From the NCBI RefSeq assembly GCF_006345805.1, contig NC_043000.1, positions 50,778,001 to 50,842,000 of the forward strand: 64,000 bases of DNA, written 5' to 3'. Within the stretch, counting starts at the first letter, position 1; every line of letters starts with the position of its first letter. This document shows, piece after piece, positions 11,258 through 23,899 of the stretch. Below the pieces are notes generated by a model. The model was not told the origin of the DNA. It saw only the letters and a list, made by a program, of their open reading frames with translations, and did not search any database. A program made the position numbers and the translations under genes. The DNA is from Octopus sinensis. Its lineage: Eukaryota.

Positions 11258-14200
11258 TATATTCTATATTTAATTAAAATATTACTTCTAAAAAATTACT
11301 GTATTTTCTGTTTCACATATTCTGCTTCGAAGTTCCTTTCATATTACTTAGACCATCATTACTTTATGTGTGTGAGTATGTGAGAGTGTTTGTATGGGAA
11401 TATGTGTGTTGTAGAGAAGTAGCTACTCATGCGACCTCTACTTTCAAAAAGCTGGTAAACTTATATCACAAATGTAGTTTTTACATGAAAAATTCTCTTT
11501 AATATTTCATTAATTTATATGAGTGTTAACATTCCAATTTCAGCAATTACAAAACTCACAACAATGTAATGTTCACAATTTTTTTTTTCTTTAAAATCAA
11601 ATATTTCTTTTGAATCTGTTTAATGTTTTTTTCTTCTTTTTTTCACCAGAATTTTGAGTAAAAAAAATTTTAGAAGTTTCCTTTTCAAGAAAATGTCATA
11701 AAAATTATTTGATTTCTTTGTATTAAGAAAATACTTGGGCCAAGTAATATTATTGTTCATTATTTCATAATGTAAATCCTAGACTCTTTGATAAAATTTC
11801 TTTATGAAAACTTATAAGTGAACCAAGAGTAATGAATAAAAAATCTGTTTTAAATATACCTTAGAGAATATAAACATCACTATATTTTGTCCTTTGGTAA
11901 TACTTGTTAAGTCATGAATTATTTTGCTACTAAAGTATCTTAAGTAATCTGAGATTTCAGGAAATTATAACTCAGGAACTATGTGTATATATTGTCTCTT
12001 TCTTTCTCATTCAATTATAACCTCTTAAACTCACACATATATAAAAAATTATATTAATTTTCATGAAGCATTTCTACTATTATTTTATATTTGTGCACAC
12101 ACACATGTGTGTGCATGTGTATATATGTGTGTGTGTTTATCATTAATATCTAATCTATTGAAGGGAGGGTAATACGTATGGCTCTTGCCAAGCTTGTCAG
12201 ACTTGTGAGTATTGTAGTTAATCTTCAATTTGAACTTCTGCATTCGATGCAGTGGAGAAACAGAAATACCCCAGAGTCAAGTGAATGAGATGAAGAGTAG
12301 AAGCTGTAAGGAAAAAAAGAATTTGAAATATGTTTTGTAGGTGGCCTAGAATGAGGGGCATATGAGAAATGAAGTGTGCAGTATTAGCTAGAAATTTGAG
12401 TAGGACTAGTTGTATGTCATAATAAAGTTTGAAGTTGTAATGGAGTCGAGGCTATAGCCATAATGGTAGGAGAAAGAAACTGGAAACAACTCATTAGACA
12501 CACACACACACACACATGTGTGTGCATGCATAATAGTGGGTTGACTTCTGCGTAGTGACAGAAATTTATTATGGACTAAAGGCTAACAAGTGATTCTCAG
12601 AGTACTGGATGGGAATGAAAGTAAGTTTATTTTAGAAGTTATTTTAATTATGTTAGTGGGAGAAGAAATAGAAGATAGTGGTTCTCAGCATGGCCACAGT
12701 TCACTGACTGGAATTAGGAAAAGAATAACAGTATATATTAGTGGGACAGTTTGTGCTTTGTGGAATGGTTAGAACTTTTGAAGGCTTATGTATTTTCATG
12801 TCATGAAAGGGTCTTGAAATTAGAATTCTGTCTTGGATTGATATTAGTGTGTATTAACGAGAGAGATCTGTATAATTCCAATTATTCAAAAATTTGAATC
12901 ACATTTATATCTCATTTATTTAGTGTATTGTAGATTAATGGCAAGCTGTATTTGCACTGTGATTTTGCTTCAAGTTAAACCATGAAAATATAGAGTAATC
13001 TATCATCAGACCAAAGATCTGGTCAGAGAATGCTTGGAAGAGAATAAATTCTGCTAAAAACTCTCAAGAGCCTGATGGTGGCACTAAACTGGATGATGGG
13101 TATAGTTAGCTACCCAAGAATCGGTATGGAAGCCTATTTGATGGGCTTCTATTGTTTCCAACTATCCTATGCTTCTCACACTTGGCTCAATCCAATTCTA
13201 TATATGGTAGAAAACTTACCAAAGCTGTACTGTAGATTCTAATTCAGAACAATGGGATTACAATGGAGCCTTCTTGAACATATGGTCATGTCTGCACCAT
13301 TTAAGTTAGCCAATATATTTTACTTTGTGCTGTTCATCTGGTACCACCCTAAAGATATTTATCTCATCATGCTGTACCTTTTTGTCCACCAATATCTTGC
13401 ATTTAGTTTCTGTTCACTTCTTTCCTCTACATCTTGTGAAGCCAGAAGCCTTATTGCAGGATATTTATAATATGCAAAATTCCTCTCTAAGCTCAATGGA
13501 GGCTGTTAAGTATTCAGGGGCCTCGTATATGGCACAGCATCAGCTTGTTGCTTTAAGCATGGATCTAGTTTTCTTTCCCTCCACTTAGATTTAATTTTAT
13601 TTTACATAACTCTAAATCATAAACGAATTGATCAATATGTGTACATATACGTCTGTGTTTGGTAGTATTTATATGAAAGCGTGTGTGGGATAATTTGTAT
13701 GAGAGTATGAATAAGTGAATGTGTATGAATGAGTGTAAATGACTGAATGGGTATGCATATGCATGCACATATGTGCATGCATGTGTAAAAAATTATGTAG
13801 AAAAAAGCAGCTGGAGTTTTATATCAATTTATCACTTTGCAAATATTTGATGTGTAATCCTTAGAGATGGAGTGGGAGTGTTAGTTCATACAATCATTTG
13901 TCATTATTCATTTCTTTTCTTTTGTTGGCACTCTGCTGTCTATCCTGTTTTGGTGTTTGAGCATGTTTTTATGTCCTTTTTTTTGTTTTTCTATTATTAT
14001 ATGTGAAATATTACGTATTTGCTCAGCTTCAAATCATCTGAAGTTTTCTGAAGATGGGTAAACTATGACATGTATAAATATAATGAACTAAATACATAAT
14101 CTCCAATGTGAATATGGATAGAAAAATAATTAACTTAATACTGTTGGTTAGCTATTTTTATCAGTTACTATGATAAGCAACATGCTTGTGTTGAAGAAGA

Positions 14201-15035
14201 TTTATTTAGATGAGCACTGATTATGTATGCATAAAGGAAGAGTAGAGGAAATATATACAAAATATAGTTTTTTTCTCATTTGTTATTGTTCTTCTGCTAT
14301 CTCTATGAGCATTTTAATTTAAACATGGTTGCATAGGTTCATCATATATAGATATTTCTCTTATAGATTCCTATAATTATATCCGTATGTGTTTCATAAT
14401 ACTCATCACCAACTATGAAGAGATAGTAGAAATTCTGTTCTGCAAAGTAAAGAGTGTTGAGTGCAGAAGAGAATGGTTCTTGCATGGATTGAATTTTTGG
14501 AACTAATTGTTCAAATATCTCCAGGAAGTTCACTTTATAGAAATTTATTCAGAAATTTTATTTGAATTAATGATAAAGTGTCATCAATTTAAACCTAACA
14601 ACAGTCACATGTATAGAAATGATATGAAGGTAATGTATTAATTCCAGTACTTACTAGTTTTACTGAAATGTTTAGAGTGCAGCTTATCTGAGGAGCTGGT
14701 TAAACTGCTGTGTTTAATCTACTTAGATTTAGCTATTGAAATATAACTAGCCGAGGTCTCATATTACATTTAGCATACAGTAAATTGAATGTCGTGAATG
14801 TTGACTGAAAAGCTCATAATTGCTGAAAACTCATTGTGTTCAAAAGTATTAATGTATGAATTTCTCTCTGGAACTCTAAGCAATTGTTACAAATATTCCT
14901 AGGGCAATGGAAATTGAAATAGTTTTTACTCAGAAAACAAAAACAAAGAAAATATGAAAACAAACATTTTATCATATCGCTATTTACATGGCAGTGAATA
15001 GGTAGGATCATTAAGGAATCAGACAAAAAAGTCTT

Positions 15036-15235
15036 GTAGTATTTAATTACAGCTCTTTACATTCTGAGTTCAAATCCCACCAAGGTCAAGTTTCCATCTC
15101 ATTGTTTTGGGGTTGCTAAAATATTGTACTAGTTAAGTATTGGGTTACAAGTATCCACTAAAGTATTGGGTTAAAGGTATCCACTAAAGCACTTGCTTCA
15201 AAGTTTTTGATGCAGTCCCTAAAGTAGAAACATTT
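15036..15235 (+). mobile_element. Degenerate Meta-like tRNA SINE with a short internal tandem duplication
   Basis: cattctgagttcaaatccc...ggtcaa.tttcc..ctca. The segment aagtattgggtta.a.gtatccactaa occurs twice. Confidence 0.55.
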
Positions 15236-15325
15236 AGATCCTATTCTCATTTGATTATATTTTACCTGAAGCATTTCTGAAGTAATTCAGCTTATCTTGT
15301 GGAGTAACTAACTACTTTCTCTTAC

Positions 15326-15808
15326 AGTTCTATATTTAAGAGATGAGGAATTATGTACATTATTTACATTTGACGGATATTTGTCCTTATCTTGTTTGTT
15401 GTTAACACAAAGTTTTGGCTGATATACCCTCCAACCTTCATCAGGTTTCTTGGAGAAATTTCGAACCTGGGTTCTCATTCTTAAGGCATTTTTCGATATT
15501 ATTATTACTATTATTATTATTATTATTATTATTATTGTTGTTGTTATTATTATTCAGGTCACTATCAGGAATCAAACTCGAAATCTTGGGATTAAGAGCA
15601 TGGGCTACTAACCCCAAGATTCCAAGTTCAGTTCCAGGCAGTGACCTGAATAATAATAATAATGATAATAATAATAATTATAATAATAACAACATCGAAA
15701 AATACCTTAGGAACGAGAACCCAGGTTCGAAATTTCCCCAAGACACCTGAAATGTTTGTGTTAACAACAAACAAGATGAGAACAAATATTTGTCAATTGT
15801 AAATAATG
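15326..15808. mobile_element. Head-to-head inverted dimer of a tRNA-headed element with Penelope-type hammerhead tail, 13-bp TSD
   Basis: The minus arm (15326-15594) and plus arm (15592-15808) are reverse-complement homologues. The direct repeat TACTTTCTCTTAC lies at 15313-15325 and 15809-15821. The head has a GGG-CTACTAA-CCC anticodon-like stem-loop and a B-box-like GAGTTCGATTCC (two-arm consensus), followed by an (AAT)n spacer and the hammerhead-like core. Confidence 0.75.
15401..15450 (-). ncRNA. Degenerate minimal type I hammerhead ribozyme
   Basis: Minus strand reads AGAAAC CTGATGA A GGTTG-GAGGGTATAT-CAGCC AAAA CT TT GTGTT. The core CUGAUGA and stem II are intact, and GAAA is mutated to AAAA. 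The plus-arm copy supplies GACAC, GAAA and the G of CG. Confidence 0.55.
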
Positions 15809-15889
15809 TACTTTCTCTTACTTCAATAATTTGCTGCTCAAACATCCAACATACTTTTGAAAATGATCTGTGTAGCTGTTTCTAATATA

Positions 15890-16070
15890 GGCACATGGCC
15901 TGAAATTTATAGGAAGCGGGGTTAATTGAATAAACTTACCCTGGTACTTTACTGGCACTTTATTTTATCAACCCATAAAGGACGAAAGATTATCCTCAGC
16001 AGGGCTTGAACTTAGAACTTAAAACATTTTGTCTGATACACTAACAATTCTGACACCCAATCTCTGACAT
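15890..16070 (-). mobile_element. Degenerate Meta-like tRNA SINE (antisense)
   Basis: ggtacttttactggcacttattttatcaaccc...aaagg.cgaaag...cttgaacttagaac is the reverse complement of the family seen at 23994. Confidence 0.55.
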
Positions 16071-18066
16071 TTTAAATACCAGTTTAGTATAATAATACTC
16101 GGCCAACTTTTATTCAACAGTTGAGAAAAAATGTTAATGATCCATAACTTTCTCACAGACTTGAAGTGTTGTTAAGAGTCAATTCTTAAATACATTATTA
16201 CACATTTTTACTGATTGAAAATAAACTGAAGTTTCAAGAATTACTTGAAAGTCACAGATATTTGAAGAACAAAAATATTTTGTTGGCTACAGAAATAAAT
16301 TGTGGAAGAATGAAAATTTTTGATTAAGTGAAACTTCAAGTATGATAAAAAAAAATATGTTAAATGACCATAAATGAAAATGACATAAAATTTAATTTTT
16401 TAGTATAAGGCCATAATCCTGAAAAGCTGTGTTAATCTCTAAAGAATAAAGTATAAAGATTTTTCTGAAATTTTGGTATACAAATACGGATGTGATAGTA
16501 AAGCTAATACTGAGGACACCCTTTAAGATTTCATTCCTCAGCAGTATGGATTTATTGTTGTAAATTAAAATTGTGAAGAAGCTTGAAGCTAACAGCATAA
16601 AAACTTTAAAAATATAGAAAACAAAGTTGATCAATTTCACATGACCAAAAATAAAAAATACCACAGAAAATTGATATTGGTTCAAAACAGTTGCTTGAAA
16701 TTTTTTTTAAATTTCATATTTCAGATGAAAAGTAAGACTTAAATGGTCAAATTCTCAGTATTTTATTTGAAATTACTTATGGATTTGATCTGAAGCCTAA
16801 GCAAATGGAATGAATATATTACACATACATACACACACACTAAACACACATAGAATTTCTGCTGCAGGACATTCCATTCATTAGTTGTCATGTGTGTATG
16901 TGTGTACACATAATCTAACAACTCTTGTATAAATATTAACAGATCAATTCACACCACCTCAGGAGATATTGACTTATATGAAATGCTTTTATTAATGTGA
17001 AGATATGCTAAGTAGAATGATTCAAAGTGCTATTGCAGAATCATGAGTAGGAAAGGACACTTAGATGAATTTCTTTAGAAAACTTTGATTTTTCTTTTTT
17101 TTTTTTGTTCAATTAAATTTCTTAATGATTTTAATTAGAAATTATCCTTTCGTATGCAACTATTAGCTAAACTAAGAAGCTAAAGAAGTAACTAAGAGAA
17201 ATAAAAAAAAAAAAATGTAAATCAATGAAGCAGAGTAAATAATTATTTCTATTCATTTACTTAACCTATTGTACCTGAAGTAATATACTGCTAGTGTAAA
17301 CTAGAAACTAATAGAAGCTATAGCAATGATCTAAATGCAAACACATAGCATAAGATATTGGCTATTGTTTGTGAATGTGTGTGTGTGTGCATGTGAATCT
17401 GTCTGCATCCATGCATCTGTAAAAGAAACACTCTTGGTAAACTGAAGTCTCATGCCTTCTCCATGCTGTCTCCTTTAATAAAGAAAACAGTCTTCATGAA
17501 TATTGATATTATCCTAAAATGCTGACTTTGGCAAATTGGTTGATAATAAGAAATAGATAAAAACTTAAGAATAGTATTATTTAGTATGGAGTAAACTGAT
17601 AAATTCTTCTGATATTGCTCAAAAATAAAAACCAAAAGAAAAGGGTCATTTTTGAAAGTAAAATATTAGCAATGTTCTCAATGGGATTAGGCTAGTGGGA
17701 AAATCAATTAAAGAAATTCCTGTATGTCTGAAATAGTTGACTTAGTATTCCTTTAAAGAAATCAATAACCAGAATTTTTTTTATTTCAAAGGTTATTTCA
17801 TATCAAGTGTAGATTTAATTTATAATTTTATCTGTTATGTTTATCTGTTCTTCTGTAGAAAACCACTAATAGTAGTTTGGTTTAAAGGAATTTTAGAATC
17901 TTTGTTTACACTTTTTGCTTGTGACTTTCATATATACAAATATCAATATTTACAATGAGTAGGCTTTCACAAAATGTTGTATTTGGTATATCCTTACCCT
18001 ACTTTTTTTATATTACATGTGTTTATATGCAAGGGCCTTATTAATGATCTGGAATGTGTGTATATA

Positions 18067-18102
<36 letters not shown>

Positions 18103-18600
18103 CAGTACACATATATACTGGTATGTGTAGCATTCAAATTTATATACTTATGTGGAACATCACTAACTGTAATAATTTATCCCAGGGAAACTATTCAAAG
18201 AAACTTATATTTTGAAAACACAATGCTTTACTCAGAATGTCGGTGGATCATCAGTCACGGTATTTTCAAGTGAATTGGTTTCTTCTGTGATGAGTATTGT
18301 GATGCTTTAAGTTAAGACAAAAATGCACGCATGTGTGTGTTAAATATTTGAGGAAATACTGTGCAGGGCAATCAGGAAGTTTACATATAGAGTGACATAC
18401 AGAGAAACTGTGATTTTAAGTTTGCTTTCTGTTATAGGATTGTATTCCTGAGATTGTTAAATCATAAAACAAAGTACTAGTGATATATAGCTTAATTAAC
18501 CAAATTGATAAAAAAGGAGTATTACATCAACAGCAGTTACGTGTTAGTAATATACTACTTTTAAACTAAAAAAAAAATTACTTAAAATGTGATTACATTC

Positions 18601-19060
18601 GCATCATCATCATCATCATTTTAATATTGACTTTTCCATGCTTTCATCATCATCATTATCATCATCATCGTTTAGCGTCCGCTTTCCATGCTAGCATGGG
18701 GTCTGGGAAGCCAGAAGGCTGCACCAGGCCCAGTCTGATCTGGCAATGTTTCTATGGCTGGATGCCCTTCCTAACGCCAACCACTCCGTGAGTGTAGTGG
18801 GTGCTTTTTACGTGCCACCGGTAAAGGTGCCAGACGAGGCTGGCAAACGGCCACGATTGGCTGGTGCTTTTTATGTGCCACCAGCACGGGGGCCAGGCGA
18901 AGCTGGCAATGGCCACAATCGGATGGTGCTTTTTACATGCCACTGGCACGAGGCCAGTCGGGGCGGCGCTGGCAATGGCCATGTTCGCATGGTTCTCTTA
19001 TGTACCACCAGCACTGGTATCACAGCTGCAATTCCATTGATGTTGATCGATCGTATTAAA
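18601..19060 (-). mobile_element. RTE-type 3' UTR/tail with four ~62-bp tandem units and a doubled (ATG)n tail
   Basis: Units starting ggtgctttttacgtgccacc occur at about 18801, 18864, 18926 and 18992. There are two separate (CAT)n-...tttccatgct starts, at 18601 and 18645. Confidence 0.85.
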
Positions 19061-19109
19061 TTTATTGAGGCCTGATACACTTCCTGTGACGTGGAAGGGT
19101 ATCAGGCCT

Positions 19110-19670
19110 TCCTGAGACATGAATCCTGTGTTGAGAATATCTGAAACAGTATGAGCATTTCCAACTAGCCAAGCTTCAGCAGATCCTTAACATTGAATGG
19201 CAGAACCAACAGGGAAGTTCTCAACTGCTCAGAAATGCCTTGCATTGAAGGTGCTATCCTCAAGCATCACCTCAGGTGGTCAGGACATGTCATCCAAATG
19301 GATCCTTTAAGACCTCTGTGGATCATCTTCCACGGTGAGCTTGTCAGTGGCAAATGGCATTGAGGAACCCCAAAATGCAGATTCAAAGACCAACTAAAGT
19401 CTCTCCTCCTTCAAGATGGCACCAACCCTAACACCTGGAAAACAGAAGTTGCTGACAGTCCATCCTGGTGAAGAGCAATTCATTTTGGCAGTACACTTTT
19501 GGGAAGAGGAGAAAAACTAAAGAAGGAAAAAAAAGGCAATGCAAGACTTGTTAACTCCAGACAAGACCTCCACCTGCTTTGCCATGCAATCAATGCCTGA
19601 GTCTGTTCCATTCTCAACATGGCCTTCTGAGCCATCTCAGGTTTAAACATCAAATGAACCAAACTTGGAC
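19110..19670 (+). mobile_element. Decayed C-terminus of a BovB-like RTE LINE with terminal C2H2 zinc finger
   Basis: Translation reads EHFQLAKLQQILNIEWQ...HLRWSGHVIQMD..RP..IFHGELVSGK..G.PK.RFKDQLK...W. CNQCLSLFHSQHGLLSHLRFKH (C-x2-C-x12-H-x4-H) lies at 19585-19650. Confidence 0.8.
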
Positions 19671-20240
19671 ACAAGTGGTGCCAACGACAATACCCTTCCC
19701 TTCACCAACTCTGACCTGTTTCCAGGTAAAATAATATATCTCCAAGGCCAGATATGTTATCACAAACTATTAGAAATGAATGAGACTGTTTATATGACAG
19801 TGACATTCACGATGTATCATGACATGTCAAGACAAGGAGACACAAACATACCCTCACACGTGCATGCTCACACACACACACACACACACACACATTAGCC
19901 AATTGTCCATAAGTCAGAAAGAAAGCACACTTTACATGACATTTTTGAGCAGTTATATTTTATGCAGTTGAGTAGCATATCCTTGGTTATGGTATACAAC
20001 CAGTCAAAAACCAACCATTGTTTTCATGCCTACTATTACACTTGATATTGTAGGTGACTCATCAGATCTGATGGCCAGAAACACATTACCTCATTACTAA
20101 TAGAGGTTAAATATATAGTCTTGGTCAGTGTAGAAAGAAAAGCACCAAAATGTAAAAGGCCCTTTCTAAGAGGAAAAGAAGAGTCACTTCCTCTTGAACA
20201 ACTCCAGCTGTGGCCAAAATTAAAAATAGAAATGTTTTGA

Positions 20241-21266
20241 TTAGTCAAAGTATGTGCTGTGAACATCTATGCATTTCTGCCATTCATCAATGAGATTATT
20301 TATGCCTTGTCGATAAATACTTATTAGCTTTGATGCTAAGAAATCTTTGAAAGCTGATTTCACCTCTGGTTTGGACCTGAAAGTTTTATCACTTAAAAAC
20401 GTGTTTAAATGCTTAAAAAATTGGTAGTCAGTGGGCGAAAGATCAGGAGAGAATATGGAGGATGTGGTAAAGTCTTGTGTCCAAAGTCTGTGAGTTTCTG
20501 CAGCATCATTCTTGCAACACGTGTCTTTGCATTATCATAGAGCAGAATTGGGCCGCATCAATTCACCAATGCAGCTCTCATTTTTTGCAAGTGAGCATGC
20601 ATTTCAGTGAGTTGATTGCAATAAACCTCTGCTGTAATGCTCTAATTGGCTTCCAGAAAGCTGTAATGGACAACACCAATTGCAGACCCCAGACAGTCAC
20701 CATAATCTTTTGCTGATGCAACTTTGGCTTTGGGAAATGTTTGGGGACTCATCACGATCAAGCCATTGACCTGATCATTTACGGTTATCATAAAGGAACC
20801 ACTTTTCATCACAAGTGACTATTCAGTCTAGAAAAGGATCACTGGTGTTTTGCAGAAAGAGCATCAAGTACACTTCAAAATGCTGAACTTTTTCATTTTC
20901 ATTGAGCTCATGTGGTACCCATTTATTGAGCTCTTTTGCCTTACCAATCTTCTGCAGATTGCATGAGACCATTGCAATACTAACACCAAGTGCCTGAGAC
21001 ATTTCTCTGACACTTTGATGTGGGTTTTGTTCAACAATTGCTTTCAATTGTTCACTTTGAAGACTGCACGACCATCCTTTACCTTCTTCATCTTCAAGGC
21101 TCTCATCACTACTACGGAAGTTCTGAAACCACCTTTGTACTGTGTGATCACTTGTGGACCCCTCTCTCCATGCTCTGTTGATATTGGCAGCAGTTTGCGA
21201 GGCATTGTGCCCAAGTTTGAACTCATGCAAGAAAAGTAAGCGAAGGTCCTTTTTTGTCAAGTTCAT
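20241..21266 (-). pseudogene. Near full-length mariner (DD34D) transposase relic
   Basis: HTH N-terminus (EFKLGHNASQTAANIN), WVPHEL, TCDEKW, LYDNAK, PHPPYSPDLSPTDYQFF with exactly 34 residues between the second and third Asp, and C-terminal WQKCIDVHSTYFD*. There are several in-frame stops and a frameshift, and TIRs were not recognised. Confidence 0.9.
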
Positions 21267-21457
21267 AATTAAGGGTGCCTATGCTTCAGGAATGTTTTCT
21301 GTCTGAAATAAGTAGAAAATTATTAAAGAATATAGATCAGTTATTAAGTATGTCAACATTTGCCTAAAATATAATTAAAATACTATGATAAAATTGCATT
21401 TCAAAACACAACACATAGAGCTGCCATATATGTATGTGTGTGTATATATATATATAT

Positions 21458-21625
21458 GGTGGGCTTCTTTTAGTTTCCATGTATGAAATCCACTCACAAA
21501 GGTTTGGTTGAATGGGACTATAGTAGAAAATACTTGACTAAAGTATTACACAGTTAGACTGAACTAGAAACCATGGGGTTGGGAAGCAAATTTCCCAGCC
21601 ACACCTGTACTCATAACCATGCCTA
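21458..21625 (-). mobile_element. Degenerate head of CORE-type SINE (antisense)
   Basis: gggcttctttcagtttcc-like, aaatccactcacaaagg, actatagtagaaaatacttg, gaac.agaaaccatg. Confidence 0.6.
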
Positions 21626-21970
21626 TACTTATTAGTATTACAATTGATTGAGAATGATGATATTACTAAACACAGATATATTGGTAACATACTTTTTACT
21701 AGAAAGCTAGATAAAACGATTTAAATATTTGCATACACAAGGTCTCTGAGTCTGGAATGACTTATTTATCTGTCTGGCACATGGAGTATTTGTGTAATAA
21801 ATCAGGCGTTTTATACATGCATACACACAGATTCACACATTTGTATGCATATGTAGGCATATCTTACTATCTATTTATCTATCTATACACACACTAGCAC
21901 TATGTTTGTGTGTATATGTGTGCATGTACATTTATCTATATTGCGTGCAAGTATATTTATAGACACACAC

Positions 21971-22006
<36 letters not shown>

Positions 22007-23899
22007 ATGTGTCTATGGTAGTAAAAGGCAAATTTCTTTGTAGAATTACACATACTCGCCAAAACGTTTCAAAAATATAAAATATAGTATTTGAATTGTA
22101 TATTAACAAATTAACAAGTGATATAACATGGTGTTGCATTTTAAATTCGAATATATTCTTACTTAAATGATTTGCTCTACTGAATTGATGAATTTTTTAT
22201 TTTTATTATTTATGTAGTTGATTAATTTGTAAATACCGGCAGCTAAGATAATCTATATTCATTTACAGGTTGATAAGAGCTACTTATCATAAAGGTGATT
22301 GGTTAGTTATAGTTACAGTAGCTTTTTGAATTTTTTTTTTTTTGTTGTTGATCTTGTAACTACCTGCAAATGTTTACACCACTATTATTGACTAAAGAAA
22401 ATGTTACTTCGAAAACAATATCAGAAGATCTCTTGCTTAATATTTTGTAAGATAGTTAAACATGTAAGAATTGGTTTTGTCTGTCTTTGTTGTACTAACT
22501 TGATGAGATTGCTGATAATTGATTTCTATTGATTAGTTATATGGTTCTTATTTTTATAAAGCAAATTGGTCATTAGAATTCATGACTTCTATAGAATTGA
22601 TCTTGTTTTGTCTATTTAGGATTCATAAATGATTAGCGCCAGTACTAGCTGAAGGCAGTGTCTGAATAATGAAACAAAAATAAACTTTTTGATTAAAACA
22701 TATGTATTGTTTTAATCATATTTGAGGACTGTAATCCTTGTTTTTCTATATAATTCTTTTGTTTGCTTTATGTTTAAATTCTAGCTGTTCTAGAATGTGT
22801 TTATTGGAACAATTGGTAAATATTTTCATATAGATTTTTATGTTTTTGAATTATATGTAGTTGTTAAAGGAATTCATTACGAAGGGAAAAATTTGAATAA
22901 AACTAAATTTTTAAACTTACAATATAGATTTTTTTCCTTTAATTACATGCTAAAACTCAATTAAGCATGAGCCTTTTAACTATATAGCCAGTTATGAAAT
23001 TTGTTAGCATTATGCCATATAGTTAAACTTAAAATTCTAAATTTTTCAGCCAAGTCTCTTTGAATAATCACTGTTTCTTGAATCAATTCATTTTTCCTTG
23101 TAGATGTATTCTACTTATCTCCTTGTCCTTTTTATAATTGACATTAGTTTCCCTCTACAATAGATGTTATTTTTGTAATCATAAACAGTCAATTCTTCCT
23201 CCATTTAGACTTTTCACTGACGCTGTTTGTTTCCAGGTCCTTTTTAGAGTTATCATAAAATGATATACCTATGAAAATAAGTAAAAAAAAAGCTTGAAAA
23301 TGTTTCCTGTTACACCTAAAATTACTGTGCCTTTATGAGAGTGAAGGAATGTTGCATGACATAACTGGTGACATTTTTGGTGGTGGTTAGTTTTTATTAG
23401 GCTCTCTTAAAATCCAGTTTTTTCAGTAATTTAATTCAATGGTAAAAAATTAATTTCACTGATGTTGGATAGGTTGAACAGCAAAGTATTTGACACAAGC
23501 CTATAATGTGAATTTCAATCATACCAGTTAGCTTTGTCTTTAAAATCACTTGAAACAATACAACCTCTTGTCATTTACTGAGTTTGATTAAATTAGTTAT
23601 ATAATTTCCTTTCATATTTGTAACCTTTTGCAAATCCACTTGATTGAGTCAAAGTAGCATCATCTTAGTTGAGCACCAATAGTGCTTATTTGTGGAAAGC
23701 CTTGCTATATATAGACTTAGGATGAGTATGCTATGAAAAATTAAACCTATAGTTACTAAAATTATCATGAGTTAAGAATGAATTAGCATTTCCTGGAAAT
23801 TCTTCAGATTTCATGTAATAATCAGTTTCATTATATTTTATATAAGTAATTTTCTTGAACTACGTTTGGAACATAAATTTCAAGCATATTTTGTTGCTA

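Noticed and set aside
7165-13225. Minus-strand GTAAGT donors at ~7170 and ~13215
   Set aside because: Both are point variants inside decayed antisense CORE-SINE sequence.
14342-14533. Protein-looking ORFs on both strands
   Set aside because: No consistent splice boundaries or recognisable homology. The length is within chance expectation.
15592-15650. tRNA-like cloverleaf fragment
   Set aside because: It lacks the acceptor stem and 5' half and is the head of a repeat, not a tRNA gene.
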